From Octopus sinensis (lineage: Eukaryota), in NCBI RefSeq assembly GCF_006345805.1, contig NC_043012.1, positions 33,294,001 through 33,358,000 on the forward strand: DNA of 64,000 nucleotides. Direction: 5' to 3'. The translations under genes and the position numbers were made by a program. Positions within the stretch are counted from its first letter, which is position 1; every line of letters begins with the position of its first letter. Below the pieces are notes generated by a model that searched no databases, was not told where the DNA came from, and saw nothing but the letters and a program-made list of their open reading frames with translations. This document shows positions 14,006-27,960 of this stretch, in pieces.

Positions 14006-14300
14006 CTTATGCTCGGCCTGGATAGACTTCAAAAGGGTTTACCACATGTTGTCACATTTGTGGATTTTGGAAACACTCGACATGTGTGGAATAGCTGAGA
14101 CCGTATGTGCTCTGATTAAGAACAGCGTGCCTAGTTGGAAAAGACGTCTTTCTTGTAACAACCAGCACTTAGCCGAGGTAACAATCAAAAGGGGTATCTT
14201 CCAAGGAGACTCTTGTCATAGCCTCGATCCCACTTTCTTTAGTCCTACGAAAAACCAACGTGCACTACGAGTTGAGAAAGAATCGAACTCGTCTCAACCA
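14000..14300 (+). mobile_element. Dong/R4-type reverse transcriptase fragment
   Basis: NLCSAWIDFKR...SHLWILETLDMCGI...VTIKRGIFQGDS. Confidence 0.8.
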
Positions 14301-14307
14301 CTTTCTC

Positions 14308-15060
14308 TTCATTCGTTTAAGTTACTTTTATTTATTTTATTCATTTGTTTTTATCTACATATTTTTTCTTTCTTTTTTTGTATTAATTTAATTTATTATA
14401 TTTTATATATGCATATAGTTATTTAATCCTATATGGGGATCTTATTCTGTTATAGGTTGTGGTGTGTGTGAGTGGGTGTGTGTGCTAGTGTTCCATTCCA
14501 GTTTCTTATTTAGGCTAGGTTCATCTTCTATTATGTGTGTAGCTTCAGTAATTTGTCTAAACGTTGCGTCCGTTCTATGTGTGGACAATATTTTAACTTC
14601 TATGTTGTTGAGTGAGCCCCGTGTTCCCGCTCAGCGTGCTGGTATAGAATCGGTGAGCTCTTCTCTTCCTTAACTTCCCCCCAATGCACATTTACCCGCT
14701 CTCCTATGCTCCGTGCTGTCTCCCCTATGTAACATCGTTGTCTTGTTTCTGCATCGTCGCTCTGTACATCTTATACTGTAGACTGCATTGCTAGCTTTAC
14801 AGTGTGTTTGTGGGCGAAATCTACATACAATATAGTTCTTATCGCTATAGGGGGTTCTATTAAAGCGGTAGATTCTACCGATTAGGGATCTGATAGGGTT
14901 ACTCGATCTTTCTACAACCTTAATTCTTAGCATAAGCTTAAATAATTATATACATAAAATATAATAAATTAACTTAAATTCATACAAAGAAAGAAAGAAA
15001 TGAAAAGTAAGTAGATAAAAACAAATGAACAAAATAAAGAAAAGTAAATTAAACGAATAT
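14308..15060. repeat. Imperfect ~110-bp inverted repeat arms ~530 bp apart
   Basis: 14308-14415 is approximately the reverse complement of 14945-15060. The ORF track gives similar peptides on opposite strands. Confidence 0.7.
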
Positions 15061-15397
15061 GAATAAACAGGGTATTCTGATAATGCAGGTACCATGCGCA
15101 TTCCCACAGACACGCTTACTAAACACACACAGGGATATACGCATGTGCAAATAAAGACACATACAACAGGAATACAAAATGGCAGATCGTTTGGAAGGAG
15201 AAGCTCAAAAAAGAAAGAAGAAAGCAAATGACCATTGATGAGGTCACAAATGTGACGAAAGAACTGTGGCCAAAATACAATTAATCTATATATATAATAT
15301 AAAATACAGCTGAAGCAAATGAACACCAAATATATAATGTGTGTGTTTTCATTGGCTAAACTGGCAACATGGCCATCCCCAAATACAACAATATATA

Positions 15398-15441
<44 letters not shown>

Positions 15442-15491
15442 TGAAACCCCGAGTAACAGCTTTTGTTATTTTCTGCTGCTTTTAAATAATT

Positions 15492-15585
<94 letters not shown>

Positions 15586-15716
15586 AGATATATATATCAT
15601 ATATATATATATATATATATACACACGTACATATACATATGCTCATACACACCGCGCGCTCACAAAATATACATATAATATATTATATATATATATATAA
15701 ATATATACACACATCC

Positions 15717-15747
<31 letters not shown>

Positions 15748-16420
15748 CATACACACACGCACACACACACACACATACATACATACGCATACACGTTCCT
15801 ATGTGTTTGTGTATGTAATATTTTTTCCTTTCTAAATCGCATTTTATTTTGCAGTTTTCTAAATTTTTATTTTTCATTAAAAATTTACTTTAAAACAGAT
15901 TTGAATTCGAGGAAGTCGTGAAGGTGGTGGTGGTTGTGGTGGTGGTGGTGGTGGTGATGGTGATGGTGGTAGTGGTGGTTGTGGTAGTGGTGGTGGTGGC
16001 GGTGGTGGAATATTTTACAGTGATTAAATGATTTCCTCTGAAAAACTGATCTCTCGTCCCGTTTGTTTGTTTTTTAACTCCTTTTTTCCCCTTGCTATTC
16101 GTTAATTAACCAATTAAACTAATTAACTTCCATCTATTTATTTGTTGTACATGTTACCTTGCAGTTTCCTACTATTAAGAGACTGAATAACTAAACAACG
16201 TTCTCTCATTAATGATTAAAGAAAGGTTGAGACACAATGAAAAGAAATGAAATTTCTAACCAAAAGTGTTCAATTATTTGCCTTCCCCAAAACCATTAAA
16301 CCTACTCCAGAACCATCATTTCCTCTTTCTCTGCATCATCCTCGTGGTCATGATCATGATGATGATGATCATCGTATTCATCGTCATCCCCCACCACCCA
16401 CCACCGCCACCAATACCACC

Positions 16421-16452
<32 letters not shown>

Positions 16453-16712
16453 CAACCACGATATCATCATCATCATCATCATCTACTTTCTTTCTTCCGA
16501 CCTCCTCAAAGCCGACAGTCAGCTTTGAGCATATGGAATGGTATTTAATTCTGTTTACTACCTCACTATTGCAGAAATTGGTGTTCATATTAAATTGCGT
16601 GTATTAAAAACTGTGTGAATTATTCATACACACACATGCACATACATACGTACATTCAAGTATACCCACACACACACACGCACACACACACGCATACACA
16701 CCACACACACAC

Positions 16713-16786
<74 letters not shown>

Positions 16787-16919
16787 CAACACATATATTC
16801 GTTGCTGTCTGTGTATGTTATATGTATATTTATATAAATATATACACACACACATACACGCATATATACATTACATATATGCATATACGCGCGCGCGCGT
16901 GTGTGTATGTATATATATA

Positions 16920-16963
<44 letters not shown>

Positions 16964-17015
16964 ATATATATATAATATATATGTATATATATATATGTAT
17001 GTATATATATATATG

Positions 17016-17076
<61 letters not shown>

Positions 17077-17185
17077 TATATATATATATATGTAATATTA
17101 TGTATATATATATATGAACACGCACATAATTAAAAACAGACGCAGATGTATATATGAGGGAGAGGAGGAGGAAGAAATAGAAATA

Positions 17186-17235
<50 letters not shown>

Positions 17236-17508
17236 GCAGAGTAAGAGAGAATCTCTGTGCTTGTTTGCATACATATGTGCACAGATGTGCATACGTGCAC
17301 GCTTGTGTGTCGAGTACACAACAATTTACATTAAAGACGTTTTAAAGTACAAGTAAACTTTCATCGGTATCTTGTTCCAGCCATTAACACACTGACTCTT
17401 TTCACTCTCATCTATATTCGTTTGGCCGGCCCTGCTCAGATATATTAACCCATTCTGGACACAATACACACATACACACACAAATATATATACACATATA
17501 TATACAGA

Positions 17509-17618
<110 letters not shown>

Positions 17619-17786
17619 TATAATATACATACATATATATATATAGATATATATATATATATACATTATATAAATATACATAATACATATATTATATACA
17701 TATATATACATATATATGTATATATATATCTATGTATATTATATATATATAAATATATATATATAGATATATATATATATATATAT

Positions 17787-17834
<48 letters not shown>

Positions 17835-17942
17835 TGTGTGGTGTGTGTTGTGTTATATATGTGTGTGTGTATATATAATATATATATATATATATATAAT
17901 ATATAATAATTTTGTATACATATATATACATATATGTGTATA

Positions 17943-17980
<38 letters not shown>

Positions 17981-18013
17981 TATAATATATATATATATAC
18001 ATATATGTGTATA

Positions 18014-18054
<41 letters not shown>

Positions 18055-18646
18055 AATATAATATATATGTACATATATATATAATATATATATAATATAT
18101 ATTATATATATGTACATATGATTGATTGATTGATTGATTGATTCTAGTTTCAGCTTATGAGCTGTGGCCATGCTGGGGCACCGCCATTTGGTGTTGCTAC
18201 TTGGTTTCACTTCATGGAGGCTTTCTAGCAACTGCTATTGGTGCATGAGAGAGTTCGATGCAGCTGCCCTCATCTGCCCCTCCTGCCGTGAAGTTGGTTC
18301 ATCTGGGACACCTGACAGGAAGAGATCCAGCTTCATTTTAAAGACATCTGTATCCACCCCATGCAGGTCTCTCAGGTTCTTCGGGAGGATATTGAAGAGC
18401 TGTGGGCCTCGGAAGCCCAGGCTATCACAGAACCTTGTCCTACATCTTGATGGCAGGTTTGGAGTCCTAGGCACCACGCAGTGGCGCCCAGTTCTGGCAT
18501 TTGCGTAACTCTCGATGCCAAAGTTCAGGACACTTCCCTCCAGGATCTTCCAGATGTATATTATGGCATATCTTTCCCGCCTACGCTCCAGGGAATATAA
18601 TTTTAATCTCTTGAGTCTTTCCAGTAGCTTACATTCTGCATAGAGG

Positions 18647-19537
18647 CTATCTTCTTTGTGTAGCTTCGTTGGTCGCCTCAAGTTCTGTGATCAACTTGAC
18701 ACTGGATGGTGACCATAGCTGAGAGCAATAGTCAAAGTGGCTTAGGACAAGTGTCTTCCAGAGGACCATCATGGTTTCTTGTTCTCTTGTTCTAAAGGTT
18801 CTAAGAATCCATCCAGCCAGCCGTCTACATTTCATTGTCAGTTTAGCAACATGTACATGAAAGGTCGCGTCATCACTCATGTGAATACCCAGGTCACGCA
18901 CTGATTGTGCCTCTGGGATTGCAATCCCTCCGGGTCCAGTGTATTCATTGGGTATTGCATTCAGTTTTGCTTGAAACTTTCCAGCATTGAACTGCATGCT
19001 ATTCTTTTCAGCCCACTTGTATATTTCGTCCAGCTCACATTGCAGGTGTTTAGTGTCCTCAGGGTTCTGTATTGCCTGTGAAACTTTTGTATCATCTGCA
19101 TAACTTGTGATCGTGGCTCTCTGCGTGGCTGAGGGCATGTCTGAGAGGGCCATTATGAACAGTAGTGGTCCCAGAACAGTGCCCTGCGGAACACCGCTCA
19201 CTATTTGTGTGTTAATGGAGGTGGCCCCATTGGCTACTACCACCTGACTTCTATCCTTCAGAAAGTCATGAAGCCATTCTCCCAGTTTTCCAACTATGTT
19301 GAGATCACGCAGTTTGTGACATATCATTCCATGATCGACTTTATCAAAGGCCTTTGCAAAGTCGAGATATATCACTTCCACATTTGAGTGGTTGAGCAGC
19401 CGTTTCAGCACCCAGTCATAGTGTTGTAGGAGCTGAGTTAAACAGCTTCTCCCTGGTCGGAAACCATGTTGGGTGTCGGGCAGCAAGTCATTCTCTTCAA
19501 GGAAGGTGATCAGCTTCCTTCTGACTATTCGTTCCAT
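18647..19537 (-). pseudogene. Reverse transcriptase domain of the CR1-like LINE
   Basis: QHGFRPGRSC, LDFAKAFD, PQGTVLGP, YADDT. Frameshifts on both sides. Confidence 0.92.
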
Positions 19538-20397
19538 GACCTTGCTGATGTGTGAGGTCAGAGAGTAGGTCTATAGTTCTTGGCTTCCGCTCTGCTACCT
19601 CCTTTATGAATGGGGCATATTTTACCTTCCTTCAGTTTTCTGGAAGTTTGCCAGCTGCAAGGAAGCTCTGAAAGAGGAACTGCAGTGGTCTTGCTAGGAC
19701 TCTCTTACATGCTTTTAGGAGGATTGCCGGGAATCCATCGGGGCAGTAGCTGAGTCTGTTTTCATTTCATCTATAGCTTGGTTACATCGTCTTCCTTTAT
19801 ATCGATGTAATCTATCGTCGCCGCCTCTGATTTTATATCTGCAGTGGTAACAAAGTCAGTTGGATTGGTGATTTGGAGATGCCCAAGGGGTGGAGTAAAC
19901 ACTCTTGAATTGCTCATTCAGTATTTCACTTACCCTCATTGGTTTTCCTGTAAGTGTGCCATCCTTTTCGAGGAGTGGCCCTATTCTACAGTGCACTGTA
20001 GCTGTTTCTTTGGCATACCTGTAGAAAGCTCTGGGGTTAGATTTTATGTTTTCTATAGCCCAGGCTTCTTTGTCTGCTCTTTCTTTTTCATGGGAGAGTT
20101 GCAGACATTTTTCGATTTCCAACAGTTTTATTTTTAGGCGGGACTTTTCACTGCTTTCAATCTGTTTGTTTAGGCGATTTGAAATTTCGTACGCCGTCTC
20201 ATTAAAATTTTCCTCTCTCTGGGGATTTTGTTCTTGTGTACAGTGGCCTTCTCTCTGGGACACATTTGTAGCATATGGCTTGCATTACAGACATGAATTG
20301 TTGAAGTTTCACGTCGATGTCTGGCGAGGAGAGACATTAGGCCAGTTTTGTTTGAGGATCTCTTTCTCAATTTGTTTCCAGTTTGCCTTATGGTAGT

Positions 20398-21145
20398 TCA
20401 AGCTGGAAAGATTTTGAGGGTTTCTTGTAGGCTGCATGTCCGTGCTCTCTTTTGGCCCGTAATGGTCAGCTCTATCATGTTGTGATCCGAGAGTAGTGTC
20501 GGTGTCACTTTCACATTATGGATGAGATCCATGTCATTTGTGAAGCAGAGATCCAGTGTGTTTCCTGCCCTGGTTGGTTGGAGTATTACCTGCTCCATGT
20601 ACAGGGTGTTGATGAGGTTCAGGAGGGGACTCGCCTGTCCTCGTTCACATCTTGTCATTCCTGGGAGAGAAAGGCCCTCGGGCCATCTGACATTGGGCAG
20701 ATTGAAGTCTCCCATAAGAAGCACACCTATGTGTTGTTCTAATGTGGTTAGAATTTCTTCTATTTTTATAAGGCAGTCTTCAAACTTGCCCACATGGCTT
20801 GGGGCATCTGGAGGGCGATATGTAGCACACACAACTACATCAAGTTGCCTAATATGTACAATTAGTGTGTCACACACCGAGTTTGAGTATGACAAGAGGA
20901 CCTGGGGTGTGAGGTCCTCACGGATGTACATAGCAACACCTCCATGACTCCTTTCTTTCTGTCGGTCCGTAGTACAGCATACTGTGGTATGTGTAACTCC
21001 GCATCTGCTATGTCCGGTTTCAGGTGCGTTTCTGTAAGTGCTATGCATAAGGCTTGATTGCATGCAACAAAGTCTCAGGAACGGGATCTTTGTCCTGTTA
21101 CTGAGTGTTTGCAGTCCTCTGATGTTCAGTAGGAGTATCGAGGTG
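20398..21145 (-). pseudogene. APE endonuclease domain of the CR1-like LINE
   Basis: HGGVAMYIRE, TYRPPD, MGDFNLP, NTLDLCFTN, LSDHNMI. Confidence 0.9.
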
Positions 21146-21532
21146 AGGTGTACGTTGTTGCCGGCGGTGTCCATCCTGTGTCTGTTTGCTGTGGTGGTCT
21201 GGTATATAGTGGGTAGTCCCACCTGCGGGCTTGGGTTTGATGAAGCCAGGTCAGCTGCTGTACAATCTTTTGTGCCATGCACAAAAAAGATTGTTGCTCA
21301 GCAGCTGCTCTTTCGACAACATCATGTTGGCTGTTTGTGGCGCGCACAACATCTGCGTACCTCCGCTTTGGGGCAGGTGGTGCGTGGTCCATCCCTTTTC
21401 TTTGTGTTGATGGTTTGTCCATCTGCCTCGTGTCTCTGTGGCAGGGTCCCCGATGTGCAAAGCGGCAGCCTGCACCTCCTTTCCGTGCCAGCAGGAACCT
21501 CTCATATATATATATATATATATATTATATAT

Positions 21533-21572
<40 letters not shown>

Positions 21573-21728
21573 ATAATCACCATCACCAGAAACAGCTGTG
21601 ACATAGCGATAATGATGATGATGATGATGATGATCATCATCATCATCATTATAATTATTATTGTTGTGTTATTGTTTTTGTTCTTGCGGTTGTTAAATGT
21701 TTGTTAGGAGAAAAGAAAATTAGAATGA

Positions 21729-21772
<44 letters not shown>

Positions 21773-21895
21773 AGGAAAGCGAGGGAGGGGGAGAGAAGTT
21801 ATTATATGTTCATTATTCAGTTATTTATTTGTAGAAGCCGATTATTGGATCTATCTATATGTGTGTATTATATATATATATATATATATATTATA

Positions 21896-21942
<47 letters not shown>

Positions 21943-21998
21943 GGTGTGTGTGTGTGTGTGGTAATATATATACACACACACTCTATATATACATATAT

Positions 21999-22029
<31 letters not shown>

Positions 22030-22467
22030 CATATACATATTTATATATATATATATACATATGTATATATACACATACACACACTCACACACACGCACAC
22101 ACACACACTCACATATATATACATGTATATATGTGTGTGTGTATAAATATATATGTGTGTATATATATATATATACACATATATTTATATACATATATAT
22201 ATATACACACATATATATATATGTGTGTATATATATATATACATACATACACACACACTCACACATATACATGTATATGTGTGTGTGTGTGTGCTTACAG
22301 GTAGATACATAGAGATAGAGGGGAGGGTGGGGAAAGCCATTTATGTAAAGAGAGGAAGGGACAAGTCATTGTTTATTCGCGTATTTAGTTTGCTCTTTAA
22401 AAATGTATGAAATCTATTTTATCTTTCATCCGGCTATATAGAGATTTATGACTAAATATGTGTGTAT

Positions 22468-22510
<43 letters not shown>

Positions 22511-22721
22511 CGTGCGTGTTTGCGTGCGCGTGTATGTATATATGGGTGCATGTATGTATGAATGTATGTATGAGAATGTATGTATGTTTGTGTGAATATA
22601 CGATTGTATGTATGTATGTTTGTATGCTTGTGTGCATGCATACATATATGTATATATGTATGTAAGCATATAAGTGTATGTATGCGTGTATGTGTGTGTA
22701 TTCATAGGTATGTATTTAAAT

Positions 22722-22810
<89 letters not shown>

Positions 22811-23235
22811 CATCTATCTATCTATCTATCTATCCATATATCTTTCTTTCTTTCTCTCTCCCTCCTTCTCTCTCTCTCTCTCTCCCTCTCTCTATCTGCC
22901 TGTTGGCATGTCTGTCTGTGTGTCTGCCTATCTGTTCATCGACGATTTTCCTCTACCGCCACTCGACCCTTCTTTACTCCAGGTCCTCGCAGTAATTGGG
23001 AAGGTTCATTGCCCCTCAGTGACCACTTAGATTTCGCAAAGTGAATACAATTAACTCGTATTGAACTGTATCTTAAATGGAGTAACTGCCACATACACGC
23101 ATACACACGCATGGACATATATGTACTTATGTAATGTTCATATGAATGTGTCTCTATGTAATCTATGTAACACACAAACCCTCTCACACACAAACACTCA
23201 CTCATATACGCACATATATACGTATATATACATAA

Positions 23236-23275
<40 letters not shown>

Positions 23276-24479
23276 TCATATGTGTGTGTGTGAGCGTGTA
23301 TGTGTGTAAGAGAGAAAAAGATGTACAAATGTTAAATTTTGAGAAATAATTTGAGAATATAATTTCAAAAGAAGTAAATAATGACATCCTTAATTAATTT
23401 TGTATTGATTTTTAGTAAATAATTTCCCAGGTATGTAAATGTATTTCCATGTCAATAGAGATATATCATAATTGATATAGTTCAATCTAAATTTAGTTGT
23501 TGAAACCAGAGAAGATAGGCGCTTTTAAGTCAGCGAAAGAGACATAGATTGAGTGCTATGTCGATGGATATAACAAAGGAAAAAGGTAAAAGTGCATATA
23601 CGCTATTCGTTTTAGTTTTGCGTGCTGAGGGCAATTTTGAAACGTTTTTGACCGATTTTAGCCTTTTTAATGTTTTTATGACGGTCCCCTACACTCACAT
23701 TTTGGGCTACTGTCCGCATTGCAACCTTCCTGGAATCAGTTCGGTCTGAGACACCAGTTCAAATTATGCCATCTCAAATTCATTTTCATTCCTCCTTAAC
23801 CTGATTTAGTTGGAACTCTTCTCAGTTTCTCCTGCTTTTGCCTTAAGAGCCCTGGTTCTATTTCTCCAGAAATTGACGAACGTTTCATGAGATCATAGGT
23901 AAAGCGGACGGTTGTATACATGTGATGGTAAGTTATGCATTTAGTAGTAAGTAATACTGTTTCGCTGCGATAATGTGGATGTTTTTCCAGGTGAAACAAC
24001 TGTGAGAAGTTACCTGAACGTTCTGCATAAAGAGGTAGGACTTTATATCTTGTGTTACTTTTCCCCGTTTGGAAGAAAAAAAACTCAGAAAGATAAATTT
24101 TTCCTTATTCCTAAATTAAGGACGTGTTTTCTAGAAACATCCAGCTTAGCAGGAACGAAATCAAATGCGTTTTTATGAAAAAGAACAAACAAATAGACAA
24201 ATCGACTAAATAGTGTGTGCATTTATAGGCAATATGATCGTCCTCAAATATAATAATAGTGATTTCTCTAACAGAAAAGCAACAACATAATTTTGAACAA
24301 TTCCACTGACGCAAGTATTAGTAGTACCACATGTGCAGCAATTGGGAAACAAAGCTGGGAGGGTCCAAACAGACAGAAGAAAAAACCTCCAGACAACAAC
24401 CTACCAACACCATCAACCAGAAAAGAGTCAAAATGATTCAGAAAAAAACTGAGGACCAGTTATAAAAGCAAACCGAGCT

Positions 24480-24945
24480 TGTGCATTATATCCCTGCCCA
24501 CAAACTTGTGTCACTGTAAGGATATCGAAGATGACGCTGCCATTTGGTTTGCTTCCACGTTTTGCGGTGTTTTTCTATTGTTCTTGCGGCCTCTGCTGCT
24601 GGTTTCGGTGTTGTAGTTGGTGTCATTGTTGCTGTTGTGACTGTATGCAGCCGATTATGTTGCTTCAGGATTTTCCTGTTGCAGTTGTTGCTGCTGTGAT
24701 GATGGTATTGGCAAAGGTGGTGGTGGTGGTGGTGGTGGGGGTATTGCTTCTTTTGTTGTTGACAGAATATTTTGAGATGGTTTTCGTCATCACATAGGCG
24801 ACATCTTAGCTCTCTGCTCTCAACAGCGACATACAGTTGTGAGCCGTCTGTCAAACTCAATGAGGATAACTTCCATGCTTTGGTGATCCGTTTGGATCAG
24901 TAGATGCATCCCCTGGCCCGATCGATTTTGTTTCTGCAGCACCAC
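24480..24945 (-). mobile_element. Gag/ORF1-like CCHC zinc-knuckle fragment (probably Tx1/L1 ORF1)
   Basis: LYVAVESRELRC-RL-C-DDEN-H-LKIF-C fits CX2CX4HX4C, followed by a low-complexity Q/H/T tract. Confidence 0.55.
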
Positions 24946-24949
24946 ATTT

Positions 24950-25820
24950 AAGAAACAATTGGAAAATGAAATCATTTTATGGGCAATACCCCAGAGAAAT
25001 CGAAGGGAAAGACAAGATCAACACTTGGGGATGGCTACGAAAAAGTGTTCTGAAAGGATGCATTGAGGCATTGATATGCAGTGTTCAAGAACAACTCTGA
25101 GAACTAATTAAACCAAGTTTCACATAGATGAAAGTAGCGAATCATCCCTTTCTAGGATGTGTGGTAGCCGAAACGAAATAATCTCATACTGTGAGCGAGT
25201 GCAGCAAGCTAGCCCAAAAGCACTACGAAAGGAGGTACGATAACGTGGCTTGGTCTGTCCACTGGAGGCTATGTGAAAAGTAGGGGTCACCGGGAGCAAG
25301 GAATATAAGATGCTGTGGGATTTTACAATCCAATGTAACTCCCTAATCGATGCACCGAGACCAGATATTGTTGTGGTAGATAAATAAAATAAGAGGAAAC
25401 TAGGATTATAAATATTGCAATACCTGGGGATGCACACATAAGTGACAAAGAACTAGAAAAGAATGGGAAATACAGACTACTAAAAGATGGAATCGCAAGA
25501 ATGTGGACCACAAAGAGAGAGTCTGTCATTCCAGTAGTTGTAGGGACACTCAGAGCACTAACAACCAAATTCGAGAAATAAGTCAGAGCAATCGGAACTG
25601 ACACGAAAGCAGAGCAAACCCCCCAAACTGTTCTGTTGGAGACAGCTAGGATTTTGAGATTGGTACTTGGATGTTGAATGTCTCCCACGATAATTAACAA
25701 CCAAGTATCAAAACTTATAATGTGCGGAAAGACACCCTGTGAGTCCTCTGACAACAGGCTGCTGTCCACTGTCAAAGAATCTGCTGGAACAAACAAGACA
25801 GAGCGTTCTTAGAAGTAAAA
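24950..25820 (+). mobile_element. Dong/R4-clade LINE 3' fragment plus UTR
   Basis: YGQYPREIEG...TWGWLRK, LWDFTIQC, RPDIVVVDK, IPVVVGTL, TVLLETARILRLVLGC*. Confidence 0.85.
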
Positions 25821-25829
25821 GAATAATGA

Positions 25830-26055
25830 TAATAATCCTTTCTACAAGAGGCACAAGATCTGAAATTTTGTGAGGGATGGGGCTAGTCGATTTCACCGAC
25901 CCCAGTGTTCAACTGGTACTTATTTCATCAACCCCGAAAGTGTGAAAGGCATAGTCAACGCCGGCAGAATTTGAACTCAGAGCGTAAAGACGAACGAAAT
26001 GATGCTCAGCATGGATTGCTAACGATTCTGCCAGATCATATTATTGTTATTATTA

Positions 26056-26120
<65 letters not shown>

Positions 26121-26335
26121 TAAAGGCGCCGAGCCGGCAGAACCGTTAGCACTCTGGGCGAAATGCTTAGCGGTATTTCGCCTACCGCTACATTCTGAAT
26201 TGAAATTCCGCCGATGTCGACTTTGCCTTTCATCCTTTCGAGGTCGATTAAATAAGTACCAGTTACGTACTGGGTGTCGATGTAATCGACTTAATCCCTT
26301 CCCCTAAATTTGAGGTCTTGTGCTTCCAGTAGAAA
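25830..26335. mobile_element. Two S1 SINEs in opposite orientation (25830-26035 minus, 26123-26335 plus) around (ATT)n
   Basis: S1 core on each strand. Confidence 0.8.
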
Positions 26336-26401
26336 TTATTATGGTCAAACAATTGACAAGTAAATCTGTGGTATTGAGCAGAATATTTGCTGTAGCTCAT
26401 C

Positions 26402-26456
<55 letters not shown>

Positions 26457-26473
26457 CATCATTATTATTATTA

Positions 26474-26770
26474 TTGAGTGAGAGAGCAGTGCATGCCATC
26501 AAAGTGACACTGGGGTAAAATATACGAAGCCCAGTATACCCATCATGACTACCCGTCTGATAAGGGTACACAAGACACATGCATCACAACCATATGTGCG
26601 CAACATGGTGATCTCATATCAAGATAAACAGCGCATGACCTTGTAGGTGGGGACCAGTTAGAATTTTCTCCGGGTCGAGGAGCCCATCCTGCTCAAAAGG
26701 TCCATGAATAAAGATTGTTTAAGGATGTTGAACGAAACAGCCATGTTTCCAATGGTGAATTATCCAAACC
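26474..26770 (-). repeat. Repeat family U 3' half (further fragment at 26338-26402)
   Basis: Reverse complement of ~45455-45750. Confidence 0.85.
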
Positions 26771-27960
26771 TTCTTCTTTTGATGGTACAGACTTTACAGT
26801 AACTGGCGTTTTCCCTATCTTCCTGTAAAAAGCTTTGGGGTTATTTTTGAACATGTTGTCCTTGAAGAATCTAACACGCTTTTCATACCTCGCTAAGCGG
26901 GCAGCTTTAGCAGATAGCTTTTGCTTGATTGTTTCTATGGTGGCATCAATATCAAGTATAGTTTTCATATTATATTCTTTCTTTAATTTTCGGGTTTTTG
27001 TAGGCTTGGTAGCCTTGTCAAACTTAAGGTTTTTCAAACATTCAATGTCAGACCTAAGTAGTTTAATTTGTTGTTGGATACACTCTTGCCAAGAAGGCTT
27101 TTTGTGGGAATGTTGCCATTTTCTAATTTTTTCAACACATAGAATCGTTGAGATTTTCGCAGATGCATAGTACAGGTGGTTGAAATCTGTGATATCAACA
27201 ATATTAGCCCAATGTTAGCCCAATATCCTTAAGTGCAAGGCGGATTTTACCAATTATTTTCAGGATTTGGTTAGAATTGCGAATTTTGGGGAGAGTATTG
27301 CATTCATCATACTAGTTTCTTTAATTTTCAGCCATCCAATCATGATTCGATGTTTTAGATCATGTAGTTCTGTTGGGTCAATTTCTGTGTGCCTTTCTTC
27401 ATCTATTTGATGTTCATCTGTCTTAATGTTTATGATTCGTTCATGGAGTATTGCACTTTGCCTATCAATTATACTAACTCTTTCAATCCTTATTGCGTTT
27501 TTATCATCCCTGGGCTAGTTTATAATTATTTCATCTGTATTAGATTCTTTTTGTTTAATTTGGTCAATCTCTACTTCAGTCAGTAATTTTTTTTATAATG
27601 TTTCTTCTGACGTTGGCAAGTTTATTACTGTCTATGTAGGGTCTTACTTCAGGGTGTTTCTGTCTCCAGTTTAAGTAGGTTTGTACAGTATTAGATTTAT
27701 CTGTGGGGAAATATATGGCATGGTAGAAGGCCGTAAGAACTTCTTTATTATCTTTGCTAGACCATTTTTCATTCTTTTTCTTTTGGTTATTTGATGACGG
27801 GCATGGATGGCCATCTGTTGGAATATTCCGGTTGTTGGGTAAGTCCAGCTCCTGTGTGTTGGGAAGATTTGAACCAGTAGCTGATTTTTCAATCTGAATC
27901 TGGTTCAACATTCAGGTATGTGGTCTTTTGTAATCCGATCGATGACCATTGCAGTTTGTA
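26770..27960 (-). mobile_element. Dong/R4-clade LINE N-terminal ORF region, degenerate
   Basis: KWSSKDNKEVLTAFY...WRQKHPE...KLANVRRNIIK, PSWQ, IETIKQKLSAKAARLARYEKR...FKNNPKAFYRKI. Confidence 0.75.

Larger units (their letters stand above)
18120..21502 (-). mobile_element. CR1-group LINE, 5'-truncated: probable ORF1 end plus frameshifted ORF2 (APE endonuclease, RT), (ATCA)n tail
   Basis: APE motifs LLNIRGL, GGVAMYI, YRPP, GDFN, LDLCF, SDH. RT motifs YLDFAKAFDKVDH, GVPQGTVLGP, YADD. C-terminal SLERRRERY. Tail at 18120-18142. Confidence 0.95.

Noticed and set aside
16557-16566. let-7-like sequence tactacctca
   Set aside because: Only a 10-nt match with no precursor hairpin. Plausible by chance in 64 kb.
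22969-23046. Candidate exon after cttctttactccAG
   Set aside because: Weak donor site and no recognisable peptide.
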